A DNA stretch of 20,000 bases, from contig AP039693.1 of the NCBI GenBank assembly GCA_051599415.1, forward strand, positions 665,725 to 685,724, given 5' to 3'. The DNA is from Savitreella phatthalungensis (lineage: Eukaryota). Shown here piece by piece: positions 1 through 8,959 of this stretch (position 1 is the first letter of the stretch; each line of letters begins with the position of its first letter). The notes below the pieces were generated by a model. The model made no database searches, had not been told where the DNA came from, and saw only the letters and a program-made list of their open reading frames with translations. The translations under genes and the position numbers were made by a program.

Positions 1-1
1 G

Positions 2-625
2 CCTGCGACCGGTGAGATTGACTTGATCGAGCACCGTGGCAATAAGCCAGGATATGCAGGTGGTGGTTACGAGGTGATGCAGTCCTCTATTCACGCCGCA
101 CCTATCGGAGCCCAACCGGGAATGTCGCGCTTGCCGATCAAGAAGCGCGTGCCGAGTATCCAGCTGCCTTTCTCCGAGCCTGCTCGCGAGTTTCACACGT
201 ACGGTGTTGATATCACCCCACAATTCGTTCACATCTGGTGGGACTCGCCGATTAACATCGCGCTCAGTTTCCCTTTCCATTCTGACCCATGGACGAACTT
301 CGACCTCGCGCCAACTTGGATCGGTCAGACGCTACCGAACCCATGGCTATCCTCACGACACAAATGCGCTCCATTCGATCAGGCTTTCTACCTTGTCCTC
401 AACGTTGCCGTCGCTGGAAATCCAGGTTACTTCGGTGATGCACGACAGGCTCCCTGGGGTGTGGAGACAAATTGGTACAATGGTCAGAGACAGATCTGGG
501 ACGCTCGTGAAGAATTCAGTCACACTTGGACCGAGGAAGAGGTTCCGATGAAGATTGAGTGGATCCGCATGTCCCAGCTCGATGACGTTGATAAATGGCT
601 CAACCAGCCTTCTGCTCTATACTAA
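2..625 (+). CDS. Glycoside hydrolase family 16 (beta-1,3-glucanase / beta-glucan-binding protein type), 5' part lies before the window
   Basis: The frame is open from position 2 and reads PATGEIDLIEHRGN, the GH16 EIDxxE catalytic motif. It also has FHTYGV, APFDQAFYLVLNVAVAG and MKIEWIRM, typical C-terminal GH16 segments. The TTG at 23 is internal, not the true start. Confidence 0.9.
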   Translation, partial: PATGEIDLIEHRGNKPGYAGGGYEVMQSSIHAAPIGAQPGMSRLPIKKRVPSIQLPFSEPAREFHTYGVDITPQFVHIWWDSPINIALSFPFHSDPWTNFDLAPTWIGQTLPNPWLSSRHKCAPFDQAFYLVLNVAVAGNPGYFGDARQAPWGVETNWYNGQRQIWDAREEFSHTWTEEEVPMKIEWIRMSQLDDVDKWLNQPSALY

Positions 626-688
626 ATGGCGCCGCTCTTTCACGACAATAGACTTTCCCGAACACACATGTAAGCGTAGGCATGATAT

Positions 689-1837
689 TCATTCTCTCTT
701 TAAAAAAGACGTGACAGCGTCGTTCGTCGTTGCTTTCGTTGTAAGTGATTGCGCTAGCAAAGCTGGATGGGATGGGTTCACAAGCATTTCCGTCAGAACG
801 GCACTCTCTTCAGCCAACGCTTCCTGCAGTGCTTTGAGCGCCTCGAGGCGGCTTCTTGCTTTCAACAGAGTGTCTGCGCTCGCTTTGACAGTCCGGTGCC
901 CGAATGATGGGCTTCCTCCAGCAAAGTTGAGATCCGGCACTGCGGCAAAGGGCGAACCAGTGGAGGACTTCGAGCGCAAGCTGTCTGGAAGGACAAAGGA
1001 AAATGCGCTCGGAGGTGGAGTCGCAAAACTGTTTGATGCAGGTGATGAATTCCTCGGCGGCACTGGTGTCGCCCCGCTCAGGCCAGCGCGTGCAGCGCGT
1101 GCGAATTGGCTTCGCGGCCTGGCTTTTGGTAAGTTGTCAGTCTCAGAATCGCTGCCGCTTGGTACCGCGTTCTCGCCACCGATGTCCAAATCCGTGTCAC
1201 TATCTCCTGAGCTATCGTTGTCGCTCAGAGGGACGCGTGTGGAAGAAGGCGTTGCTCTGAACGTTTCGCCCCGTCGATCGGACAATGATACTTTAGGTTG
1301 CTGTGCTTGTGGCGTTGAGAAGCTCGGAATGTCGCGAGATCCAGCGTATGCTGAAGTCCCCTTTTTCGCCGTCGGAGCACTTGGACGTGTGGTATTATTG
1401 ATTTGTGGGCCTGGTTTCGAGCTCCTAGGGACCGAAGGTCGCGCAAATGATGCCTGCTGTGGCATATGAGCTGGTTTTGTCGAATAAGAAGGTTTTGGCG
1501 GACCATCCCAGGGCGGCTGCCATTTAGGATCGCTCTTTGTCTGCCGTTTTGGCGATGGTCGCGTCGCCGAGGGAGGTGGTTTTGCGGCTCGCGCAACTCG
1601 CGGACGCACACTGTCATAGGACCGCTTAGTCACAGGATCCTTGAGCACTTCATACGCCGTAGTGATGAGCTGGAACTTTGCATGATATTCATTCTCGTGT
1701 CCGGGATTCTTATCTGGATGATGCGTCCGGGCTAGCTCAAGGTATGCGCGCCGGATGTCGACTTGGCTTACATTACAAGATCTCAGACCGAGCGCCCCAT
1801 AGTAATCTCTTGTCGCGTCAAGCTCGGGTTTGACCAT
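689..1837 (-). CDS. J-domain (DnaJ/Hsp40 class C-type) protein with a long Ser/Pro-rich disordered tail
   Basis: N-terminal RDYYGALGL...IRRAYLELARTHHPDKN...FQLITTAYEVLKDP..KRSYD is a complete J-domain with an intact HPD. No CxxCxGxG zinc-finger repeats follow; the rest is low-complexity with a short helical C-terminus. Confidence 0.88.
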   Translation of the reverse strand: MVKPELDATRDYYGALGLRSCNVSQVDIRRAYLELARTHHPDKNPGHENEYHAKFQLITTAYEVLKDPVTKRSYDSVRPRVARAAKPPPSATRPSPKRQTKSDPKWQPPWDGPPKPSYSTKPAHMPQQASFARPSVPRSSKPGPQINNTTRPSAPTAKKGTSAYAGSRDIPSFSTPQAQQPKVSLSDRRGETFRATPSSTRVPLSDNDSSGDSDTDLDIGGENAVPSGSDSETDNLPKARPRSQFARAARAGLSGATPVPPRNSSPASNSFATPPPSAFSFVLPDSLRSKSSTGSPFAAVPDLNFAGGSPSFGHRTVKASADTLLKARSRLEALKALQEALAEESAVLTEMLVNPSHPALLAQSLTTKATTNDAVTSFLKRE

Positions 1838-1889
1838 GAGCGCACGCGTATTCCCCGTTCGTGCCTCGGGGGTAAATATTTACTTTCTA

Positions 1890-2972
1890 CTACCTGTGCA
1901 TTGCTTTAATCCAGTCGTCCACGGTTGCGTCAGAGCGCTCGACGGATTCATGAACCTCTTCATCGGAATCCGGATCAACAAGCTCACCATTATGCTCAGC
2001 TTCGGCCTCTTCTTCCTCAGCGTCACTGACAGTTTGGGCTCTATCCGAGACCGACATATCCTGCATCAGCTTGCGCAGTTGCTCCTTCTTCTGCAAGTCC
2101 TGGGAAGCATCCCGTTCGGCTCTCAGCGCTTCCATCTCAGGTTTGTAGATCTCCTCGAATTCTTGTCGCTTGTTGTCGAGCGCTTTCATGTAATCGTCAA
2201 AGCCCGCGCCAGACAATGCAGAAACGCCGACGACGTCTAGATGATTGTAGAACTCCTCAAGAACAAGACTCATGGAGTTCATCAGTGAGTGCATGTACCC
2301 GGAGCCGGCCGCGTCGTCCGGTTGGCTCTGCTCCTCTCGCCGCAGCGCAAGCTGGAAAGACTCGAAGTCGCGCATCCATTGAATCTGCTCGTCGATTCCT
2401 TCCTCAAGTGCGTCGATCTTATTGAAGACGACAATCATCGGCAGACGTGTCTTGTACAGGATGGACACGGCGTAAAGCATTGAAGAGATGAATGTCGAAC
2501 ACGACTTGCTTCGGGGAGCATCGATGACGTAGGTTAGCACGGTTGGAACGCTTGATGCCAGTGCATCAGTTATGATTGCGCCAGAAGCTGACCAGGTAAA
2601 GATCTCGATCTGACCGGGAGTGTCGAGTAGCACATGCGAGCAGCGTCGTTTCTCAAGCCGTTGCTCTACAAGCCCTAGAACTTGATCGAACTTTGTCGTG
2701 AAAAGATTCAAGGATGTCAGAATGCCCCCGTTTGGACCCAAATTGTACTGCTTCATGACCTCCTTATAGTTGACCGTGTCGCGGATGTCGACATTGCATG
2801 GATATGGCGTCTCGAGCACAGCCGGATCAAGGTTCAGTATATAGGGTTTTCTTGCGCGGCGTCGGAGATGTGAGTTCAGTCGCTGCATGAATGTCGTCTT
2901 ACCGGCTCCAGCCATACCGATAACGATGGTCGCGACAGGCGCATCTTCCGTCTGTGTAGATGAGCTCGTCAT
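1890..2972 (-). CDS. GPN1: GPN-loop GTPase 1 (Npa3/Gpn1), RNA polymerase II biogenesis factor
   Basis: P-loop GMAGAGKTT, NLDPAV, DIRDTVNYKEVMKQYNLGPNGGILTSLNLF (GPN motif), DTPGQIEIFTWSASGAIIT, NKID, and an acidic C-terminal tail typical of Gpn1. Confidence 0.96.
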   Translation of the reverse strand: MTSSSTQTEDAPVATIVIGMAGAGKTTFMQRLNSHLRRRARKPYILNLDPAVLETPYPCNVDIRDTVNYKEVMKQYNLGPNGGILTSLNLFTTKFDQVLGLVEQRLEKRRCSHVLLDTPGQIEIFTWSASGAIITDALASSVPTVLTYVIDAPRSKSCSTFISSMLYAVSILYKTRLPMIVVFNKIDALEEGIDEQIQWMRDFESFQLALRREEQSQPDDAAGSGYMHSLMNSMSLVLEEFYNHLDVVGVSALSGAGFDDYMKALDNKRQEFEEIYKPEMEALRAERDASQDLQKKEQLRKLMQDMSVSDRAQTVSDAEEEEAEAEHNGELVDPDSDEEVHESVERSDATVDDWIKAMHR

Positions 2973-3149
2973 GCTCTCAACTAATTGAGAGCCTCACGGC
3001 TGCTCACCTTCCAAAGTATTGCTCCTTTCTTTTTTTCTTTGCACGTGAGGATTAAGCCTCATAACGTGGAGTGAGACGCGTGACCTTTTATCTTGGTGCA
3101 CCTGTGCAAAGACGTACGTGTCGCAGACGGCTGCACGACACTCATACAA

Positions 3150-4742
3150 ATGGCTCGCTCGAAGACGCAGCGTCGTGAGCAGACTCAGACCATGCCCGCG
3201 ACGGAGAGCATCGCGCCAGCTGCGGAGCGCAGAAAGCCCTCGATGCTGCCTGCAATCCTCTTCGCCGGCTCTATCGTCATCCGTATGGTTGTCATGCCTC
3301 TTGTCGCTTTCTTGGCTGTGGGCGGTATCACTACGCGCTCCTCGTATCCCCAGGCTTATACGGGCAAGGACGTGAGTTGCACAGTGGAGGCGCTCGACGG
3401 ACCACTATTTTGTGAGCATGAGCTTGTCTTTGCTGAGCAGGGTGTCGCCCTTTTGTCCTGCGATCCTGGCCGGGGCGAATGGAATACCGTAATGGGTCCT
3501 CTTGATAAGCCGGATCCCCGCGGAAAACTCTGGCTGTATGACTACGCAGGCTCGAAAAAATCCACTGAGCTCGACCTTCAAGCCAGCGGCTTCCCCAGTG
3601 ACCGAGACTTTCACCCGCTTGGACTCGCCAAATACGCTTCCGACGACAAGCTCTCGCTCTTTGTCGTGAATCACAACAGATTCGGTCCGACCATCGAAGT
3701 CTTCGAGGGCTCTTGGACAAAGAAGAAGGCCTCGCACGCGATGCAGCTCACCTGGAAGAAGACGTTCGGTCCTGATGAAGAAATCATTTCCGCCAATGCG
3801 ATAGCTGCTGTCGATCATGATCACTTATATGTGACGAACGATCATGCGAGCACCAGATTGCACAGCGGCTCTGTTGCTTCTGTCTTCGAGACATTCACAG
3901 GCGTCCTGAACCCACGGTCATTCGTCTCTCATATCGACCTGAGGACGGGCAACATAACGCGCGCCGCTGAACGCGTTCCGTTTGCCAATGGCATCGCGTA
4001 TGGAAGGTATTCGACCAATATCTACGTCGTCTCGAGCACGCGTGGGAGCGTGCTTGTCTACGATACCACGAATCCTATCAAGCTTCGCCGCATTGACGAG
4101 ATCAAGTTTGGCTATATTCTTGACAATATCGACGTCGTCGAGCGTACAGTGACGCAGCACAATCTGGAAACACTAGAGAAGGAATACTTTGAGACGGAGG
4201 AGCTCTACGTCGGAGGGCATCCGAAGTATTTCGGAAGTGCCGGATTGCTGGCCGTTAAAGCAGCACCGCATACGGGCCTCTCTGATGTTGACCCACAGGC
4301 TGCTCCAGGCGATAAGCGGCAGGCGCCCAGCTGGATCAGTAGCGCTCGCCAATTTACCACATACGAGAGATCTCGTGTCAAGAGCGACAAACCGCTCAAC
4401 GAAAGACCTGTGCATGAGCTTTATCCTCTGAGCAAGAATGCAACTTGGCACGAGCCAATTTTGAAGGATAACGTGCGCGGCAAGGCGAAGGGCCGTGAGT
4501 GGCGCAAGCGCACGATCTACCAAAATGACGGCCGTGAGTTCAGGACAGCTGCTGGAATGGCGATAGACGTACATCGGAATATCGGCGTTTCAGGTGGCTT
4601 GTATGAGCAGGGAGTCCTGGTATGTCGAGGTGTCATGGAGAGGCTGCGTCCAGCTCCTCCTGTTGCGGCAGATGAGCCCAGGCGGTTTGATGACGAAGGC
4701 AACGAAGTGCCATTCGAGGTGTGGTCTCATGAGGAGCTGTAA
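3150..4742 (+). CDS. Serum paraoxonase/arylesterase-like six-bladed beta-propeller (lactonase family), N-terminal membrane anchor, C-terminal HEEL
   Basis: Motifs CE, LSCDPGR..WNTVMG, FHPLGL, LFVVNH, IEVF, YVTNDH, FANGI, LDNI and VGGHP follow the PON/arylesterase order. A hydrophobic segment lies near the N-terminus. First ATG is at 3150; the ORF track starts at TTG 3093. Confidence 0.8.
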   Translation: MARSKTQRREQTQTMPATESIAPAAERRKPSMLPAILFAGSIVIRMVVMPLVAFLAVGGITTRSSYPQAYTGKDVSCTVEALDGPLFCEHELVFAEQGVALLSCDPGRGEWNTVMGPLDKPDPRGKLWLYDYAGSKKSTELDLQASGFPSDRDFHPLGLAKYASDDKLSLFVVNHNRFGPTIEVFEGSWTKKKASHAMQLTWKKTFGPDEEIISANAIAAVDHDHLYVTNDHASTRLHSGSVASVFETFTGVLNPRSFVSHIDLRTGNITRAAERVPFANGIAYGRYSTNIYVVSSTRGSVLVYDTTNPIKLRRIDEIKFGYILDNIDVVERTVTQHNLETLEKEYFETEELYVGGHPKYFGSAGLLAVKAAPHTGLSDVDPQAAPGDKRQAPSWISSARQFTTYERSRVKSDKPLNERPVHELYPLSKNATWHEPILKDNVRGKAKGREWRKRTIYQNDGREFRTAAGMAIDVHRNIGVSGGLYEQGVLVCRGVMERLRPAPPVAADEPRRFDDEGNEVPFEVWSHEEL

Positions 4743-5315
4743 TTCCTTGAAGTGCCTCAAAGTTCGTAGCGAATCATGACATTCGTGACAGATGGCGTAC
4801 GACATTGTTCCCAACACTGCGCTTCCAGTATGTGCTCCGGACTGGCCTCTGAAGCTGCTTGCAATGTAGCCGGAAGAAGTATCGTCATGCTGCGGACAGC
4901 CCAGTCTTGCTGACTTCGCTGAGCTGCAGTCATGATCAATGTATGCTGTAAGTCTTGGCTGTACCCTCGTTTGTCACAACAGAGCGGCACGAAGTAAAAG
5001 GTCAAGGGGTGATTGTCCTGGTAGGACAGGTTCGCAGTCGTGTCGTCATGATTCGTCTTTCAATGATTGGGCAGCAAGCCGCGAGAACGCACCTTCGCTG
5101 TGTTGCACCGCTTTCGTGGCCTCAGACCTCATTTTAATCATTTGCGCTTCTAGCACGTCGCCCGGCGCATGGCCACCTTTGCGCACATCATACGCTAGCT
5201 GTAATTGATCGCGACATGATCGAAAATGGCAGCAGCTGTTATTAAGCTAGCCTTGTGAGAGCAAAATGACGTGCTGAGGGGGAGACAGGACAGAGTATCG
5301 CGTAACACAGCAAGA

Positions 5316-6077
5316 ATGGCGAGGGTCGTCATCTGCGGAGGGTCTGGCAAGGTGGCGCAACTGCTGTTGCCGATGCTTGCTAATGATCCAATTGCGTTTG
5401 CGCGCGTCTATCCGCTCGTGAGATCGCAAGACAGGATGGAACATCTCGACGGTCACTCTGAAGTGGTGCAGCCGCGGCTCTTCGACTTGGAATATGCCTC
5501 GACACAGCAGATGGCATCCTTACTTCGAGAAGCCGATGTTGACACTGTCATATGGTCTGCTGGCGCGGGTGGTAAGGGCGGACACGAGAGGACGAAAGCC
5601 GTCGACCTGGACGCAGCCAAGCGAATGATCGATGCAACCGCGTCGGTCAGGGGTCGTCGATTCATAATGGTTTCAGCCCTGTCGAGTCGGGAAAGGGCAG
5701 ATCGCGCTGCGTGGTGGGACGATGAGGACTTCGCGCAATTCCAGAAGAGTCAGGATGCGATCAGCTTCTATCACGAGTGTAAAGTGGCAGCAGACAAACA
5801 CCTGATGGCGACCAAAGATATCAGCTGGACCATTGTCCGACCTGGCAGATTAACGGAAGCCCCCGCGACCGGCAGGGTCCAGGCTGGTAAAATCCATATA
5901 GCCGGGCAAGCCATCACGCGAGCAGACGTAGCGCAGGTCATTCTAGCGATATTGCAACACGATCGACTGCATACGGCTGGTCTCAACATCGACATTCTCA
6001 ATGGCCCTGAGAATACTGCTCGACCTATTTCGGAAGCAATCGCTCGTGTTGTGCGCGAGCAGGAGACAACGCTTTAG
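5316..6077 (+). CDS. NAD(P)-binding Rossmann protein, atypical SDR (UPF0659/YMR090W-like)
   Basis: VVICGGSGKVA glycine-rich loop, DTVIWSAGAGGKGGHERTKAVDLDAAKR, RRFIMVS, K..AD, WTIVRPGRL, ITRADVA. First ATG is at 5316. Confidence 0.88.
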   Translation: MARVVICGGSGKVAQLLLPMLANDPIAFARVYPLVRSQDRMEHLDGHSEVVQPRLFDLEYASTQQMASLLREADVDTVIWSAGAGGKGGHERTKAVDLDAAKRMIDATASVRGRRFIMVSALSSRERADRAAWWDDEDFAQFQKSQDAISFYHECKVAADKHLMATKDISWTIVRPGRLTEAPATGRVQAGKIHIAGQAITRADVAQVILAILQHDRLHTAGLNIDILNGPENTARPISEAIARVVREQETTL

Positions 6078-6100
6078 CTGAATGTCATATATTTCATACG

Positions 6101-6847
6101 TTACAGGGGACATTCCGGAGCAGGCACCTTGATAATGGAAATGATGCCGTCCGTTGTCATATTGTGGTTGTACACTGAGGTTGCTGATGTCAGAGTGGAA
6201 TTGTAGGTGACCTGGGCCGGACCCCAATGACACAGAGAGACTGGATCACGCCCGCCTTGTAAGGCTCTCCTGACGACCTCGTCTCGCCCACGATTATAGC
6301 CATCGGTCACGAGATCATGATGATGCTCAAGATCAAGCTCTTGACTTGCAGCAAGCAACCAGGCGAAGCGCTTGATGCCGTCGTCAACGAGCTGTGTCCA
6401 GCCGCGAAAATGATGACCGCCCACGAGGGTCTGTCGACAGGTGCCACCTGGCCAATCGCCGAAGTCTTCTCGATAGAGAAAGTCGAGTCTGCGAAGGCCA
6501 CGCTCGTCCACGTTGGCATATGCCGGCGTTGAAAGATGTAGACCTAGACATTCATCGGCGAAGTCAAGCGCGCGCAGCCAATTCGCGAGGCCGCCCGGTT
6601 TGAGCAGCGCCACGGTCGAATTGCCCAATTCCTCATCGGACGCATCAGAGATGCCTGGCGCGAAAGAGTCTGCGGTCACAATGATATTGATGGGCTCATG
6701 GGCAGTGGTCGCATTTGGGCTCGGAGAGAAGAAGAACTGTAATGCCTGCGGGCCAGGATACTCGTACTGAGGTCGCATGGAGCGGATGTGGCCAGGCCGA
6801 GGCACCAAGGCTGTGACAACCGTCAGCGCACGGATGCGAAGAAGCAT
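6101..6847 (-). CDS. Putative secreted fungal protein of unknown function
   Basis: 248-aa ORF with a signal-peptide-like N-terminus (MLLRIRALTVVTALV), four Cys and several N-x-S/T sequons. Segments EPINII, ECLGLH, GGHHFRGW and DGYNRGRDE resemble a conserved fungal hypothetical family recalled from memory. Confidence 0.7.
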   Translation of the reverse strand: MLLRIRALTVVTALVPRPGHIRSMRPQYEYPGPQALQFFFSPSPNATTAHEPINIIVTADSFAPGISDASDEELGNSTVALLKPGGLANWLRALDFADECLGLHLSTPAYANVDERGLRRLDFLYREDFGDWPGGTCRQTLVGGHHFRGWTQLVDDGIKRFAWLLAASQELDLEHHHDLVTDGYNRGRDEVVRRALQGGRDPVSLCHWGPAQVTYNSTLTSATSVYNHNMTTDGIISIIKVPAPECPL

Positions 6848-6919
6848 CTGCGACGTCGTCGTCTCGCAACAATGTGTCGAATTGAATTTTTGCGCAAGTC
6901 GCGTGGAGATATATTTGGT

Positions 6920-8863
6920 TTACCAGACCCCGGCGTCGCGCCCAACAAGATCAGCGACCTGCAAATCCTGCTGCTCTCGTTCGAGAGCGAGGAAATCCTT
7001 GCTACCAGCCGATGTCATAGCACGGCCAAGACCAGCCGCGTATCCTTTTGCGCGATCCTCATGAGACAGCCCTCCGGAAGCAGCGTCGAGCTTCTCGACA
7101 GTCTCGGTCGGCAGGACCGGGATGAAGAGTCGCTCATTGTCGCGCTGCGTCCCACCTATACCGGCACCGTAAGATAAGATCAGATCTGTCGACGACGGGA
7201 GCGAGAAAGTAAGCTGCTGAGTGGCATTCAGGAAAACGCCCTCAGTGACTGGTAAAGGTGTTGCTGATTCCTCCCGCTCAAGGGCGGCGAGCGATGTTTT
7301 TACAGCCCTGGCGATCTTTGGCTCACCGCGCTCAGCGCGATAATGCTCTGCGACGTGTCTTGCTTGGCGAGCGGTAATGCCCTCAATGCTGGATACGAGA
7401 GGCCTCACCTCATCCTCGCTCAGACTGCTGATGCACTGCAATAATTGCAGCAGCCCTACCAGAGGACGCATCGCCTTTTGAGCACGTCCTAGCAGATCCA
7501 TAGTGCTGCCCCAGCTGCGGTTATTTAGACGAAGCCAGTCCTCGACTTGAGACCAATTCATCCTCAGGTCCATCGCTTTCGAGCGCGACATATATTTGTG
7601 GTTACCGACAATCCTGTTGAAGAGCTCTGTCGCTAGCCAGTGCAGAATCTGGGCAAAAACCTGGACGACTAGCAGTTGATGAATCTCGTACGCCTCCAGC
7701 ACAAACAAGGTTGATGAGAGCAACGAAGTGACGCTGCGCGGTGATGGTCCATGCCTCCGCCGTGGGGACAAGTGACCCTCCTTCGGGACCTTATTTGCCT
7801 TGCGAAACAAGCGCCACTCGTCTGACATCTCTATCTGAGAAAGACCGTCAATTGCAGAGTAATCGAGAATACTCTCATTGAGGGTCTTTTCGATTCTGCG
7901 CTCCGCGTCCCTGACCAAAAGGACGTATGCTTCCGAAACGAGCTCCGCCAACCTGAGCTGAGCTGCGGCGCTCGCTTCCGCGGTACCCGGATCCTTACGC
8001 AAGTAGTACTGTAATACCAGACAGTTCGAGATCCAGAATGAGAGGGTCGTCATATCTTCATGCCTTGCATTGATGCTGCGCTCTATTGCCATGACAGCCT
8101 GGTCCAGCAGAGCTTCAAGCATACTTTGAGAGCCGTAGTAATGCGCAAATCGAGCTGCGAGAAAGAGCAGATTTGCTGGTACAAGTTTGTGTTGTCGACT
8201 CCGTCTAGGGGCATACTCGTCGATTACGAGGCGCATGAGCTCGGGCACAGACTCGTTATCGAACACAAACATCTGCGATGGTAGACACCGGTCCCAGGTG
8301 AAAGGGCTGTCGTCCAACTCGAGGGGTTGCTCGTCCGACGCCTCTAGCGAGAGCGCACCGAGATCGATTTCGAGATTCATTCCAGCCTCGGCAGCCATTC
8401 GATGCGAGCGTTCTTCCTCACGAAGGTTCTCCTCAAGATCAAGACCAGCATTGTAGAAGTCACCTGACGTGACACCAATTGACTGAATGCCTAAGGAGTC
8501 CTTCAACTCCAGGTCTGTATCATCGACGAAATCTCCAGCTGTCGCACCGGAGGACGTCTGTAGGTCTGCCTGAGCGCCGTGTTCAAGCAGAAGGCGGACA
8601 ATTTCAGCATGCCGATTGTTGGTAGCCCACATGAGCGCAGACCAGCCGCGGCTGTCATGGGCATTTACATCTGCACCGTGCTGCAGCAGAAGTTGAACGA
8701 TGTCCTTGAACCCAAAACAGCTGGCAAGAAGTAATCCGGGGCTTCCGCTATCGTCTGGGAGGTTTATGTCAACTCGCTCGATAAGTTCCCTCACCAGCCC
8801 GACGTTACCGGCGAGACATGCGCTCGCAAAATCCCCTTGTACATCATCGTCGTCATCCGCCAT
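6920..8863 (-). CDS. Ankyrin-repeat + DIL (Dilute) domain protein (YPR089W-like family)
   Basis: N-terminal ankyrin repeats (LLLQHGADVNAHDSRGWSALMWATNNRHAEIVRLLLEHGA), FTWDRCLPSQM, LFLAARFAHY and LSFWISN. The C-terminal DIL segment reads QVFAQILHWLATELFNRI...SRSKAMDLRMNWSQVEDW...LLQLLQCISS. Confidence 0.88.
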   Translation of the reverse strand: MADDDDDVQGDFASACLAGNVGLVRELIERVDINLPDDSGSPGLLLASCFGFKDIVQLLLQHGADVNAHDSRGWSALMWATNNRHAEIVRLLLEHGAQADLQTSSGATAGDFVDDTDLELKDSLGIQSIGVTSGDFYNAGLDLEENLREEERSHRMAAEAGMNLEIDLGALSLEASDEQPLELDDSPFTWDRCLPSQMFVFDNESVPELMRLVIDEYAPRRSRQHKLVPANLLFLAARFAHYYGSQSMLEALLDQAVMAIERSINARHEDMTTLSFWISNCLVLQYYLRKDPGTAEASAAAQLRLAELVSEAYVLLVRDAERRIEKTLNESILDYSAIDGLSQIEMSDEWRLFRKANKVPKEGHLSPRRRHGPSPRSVTSLLSSTLFVLEAYEIHQLLVVQVFAQILHWLATELFNRIVGNHKYMSRSKAMDLRMNWSQVEDWLRLNNRSWGSTMDLLGRAQKAMRPLVGLLQLLQCISSLSEDEVRPLVSSIEGITARQARHVAEHYRAERGEPKIARAVKTSLAALEREESATPLPVTEGVFLNATQQLTFSLPSSTDLILSYGAGIGGTQRDNERLFIPVLPTETVEKLDAASGGLSHEDRAKGYAAGLGRAMTSAGSKDFLALEREQQDLQVADLVGRDAGVW

Positions 8864-8959
8864 GACGTCTGTTCTGGTTGTCGAGTTTCACCGCGCCTCA
8901 GAACAACTATCAATTTTGAAACGGAATTAGCAACAATATACAGGCGACACCCCTCCTTG

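Noticed and set aside
555..1469. 304-aa + strand ORF
   Set aside because: Antisense shadow of the J-domain gene, with no motifs and a non-ATG start.
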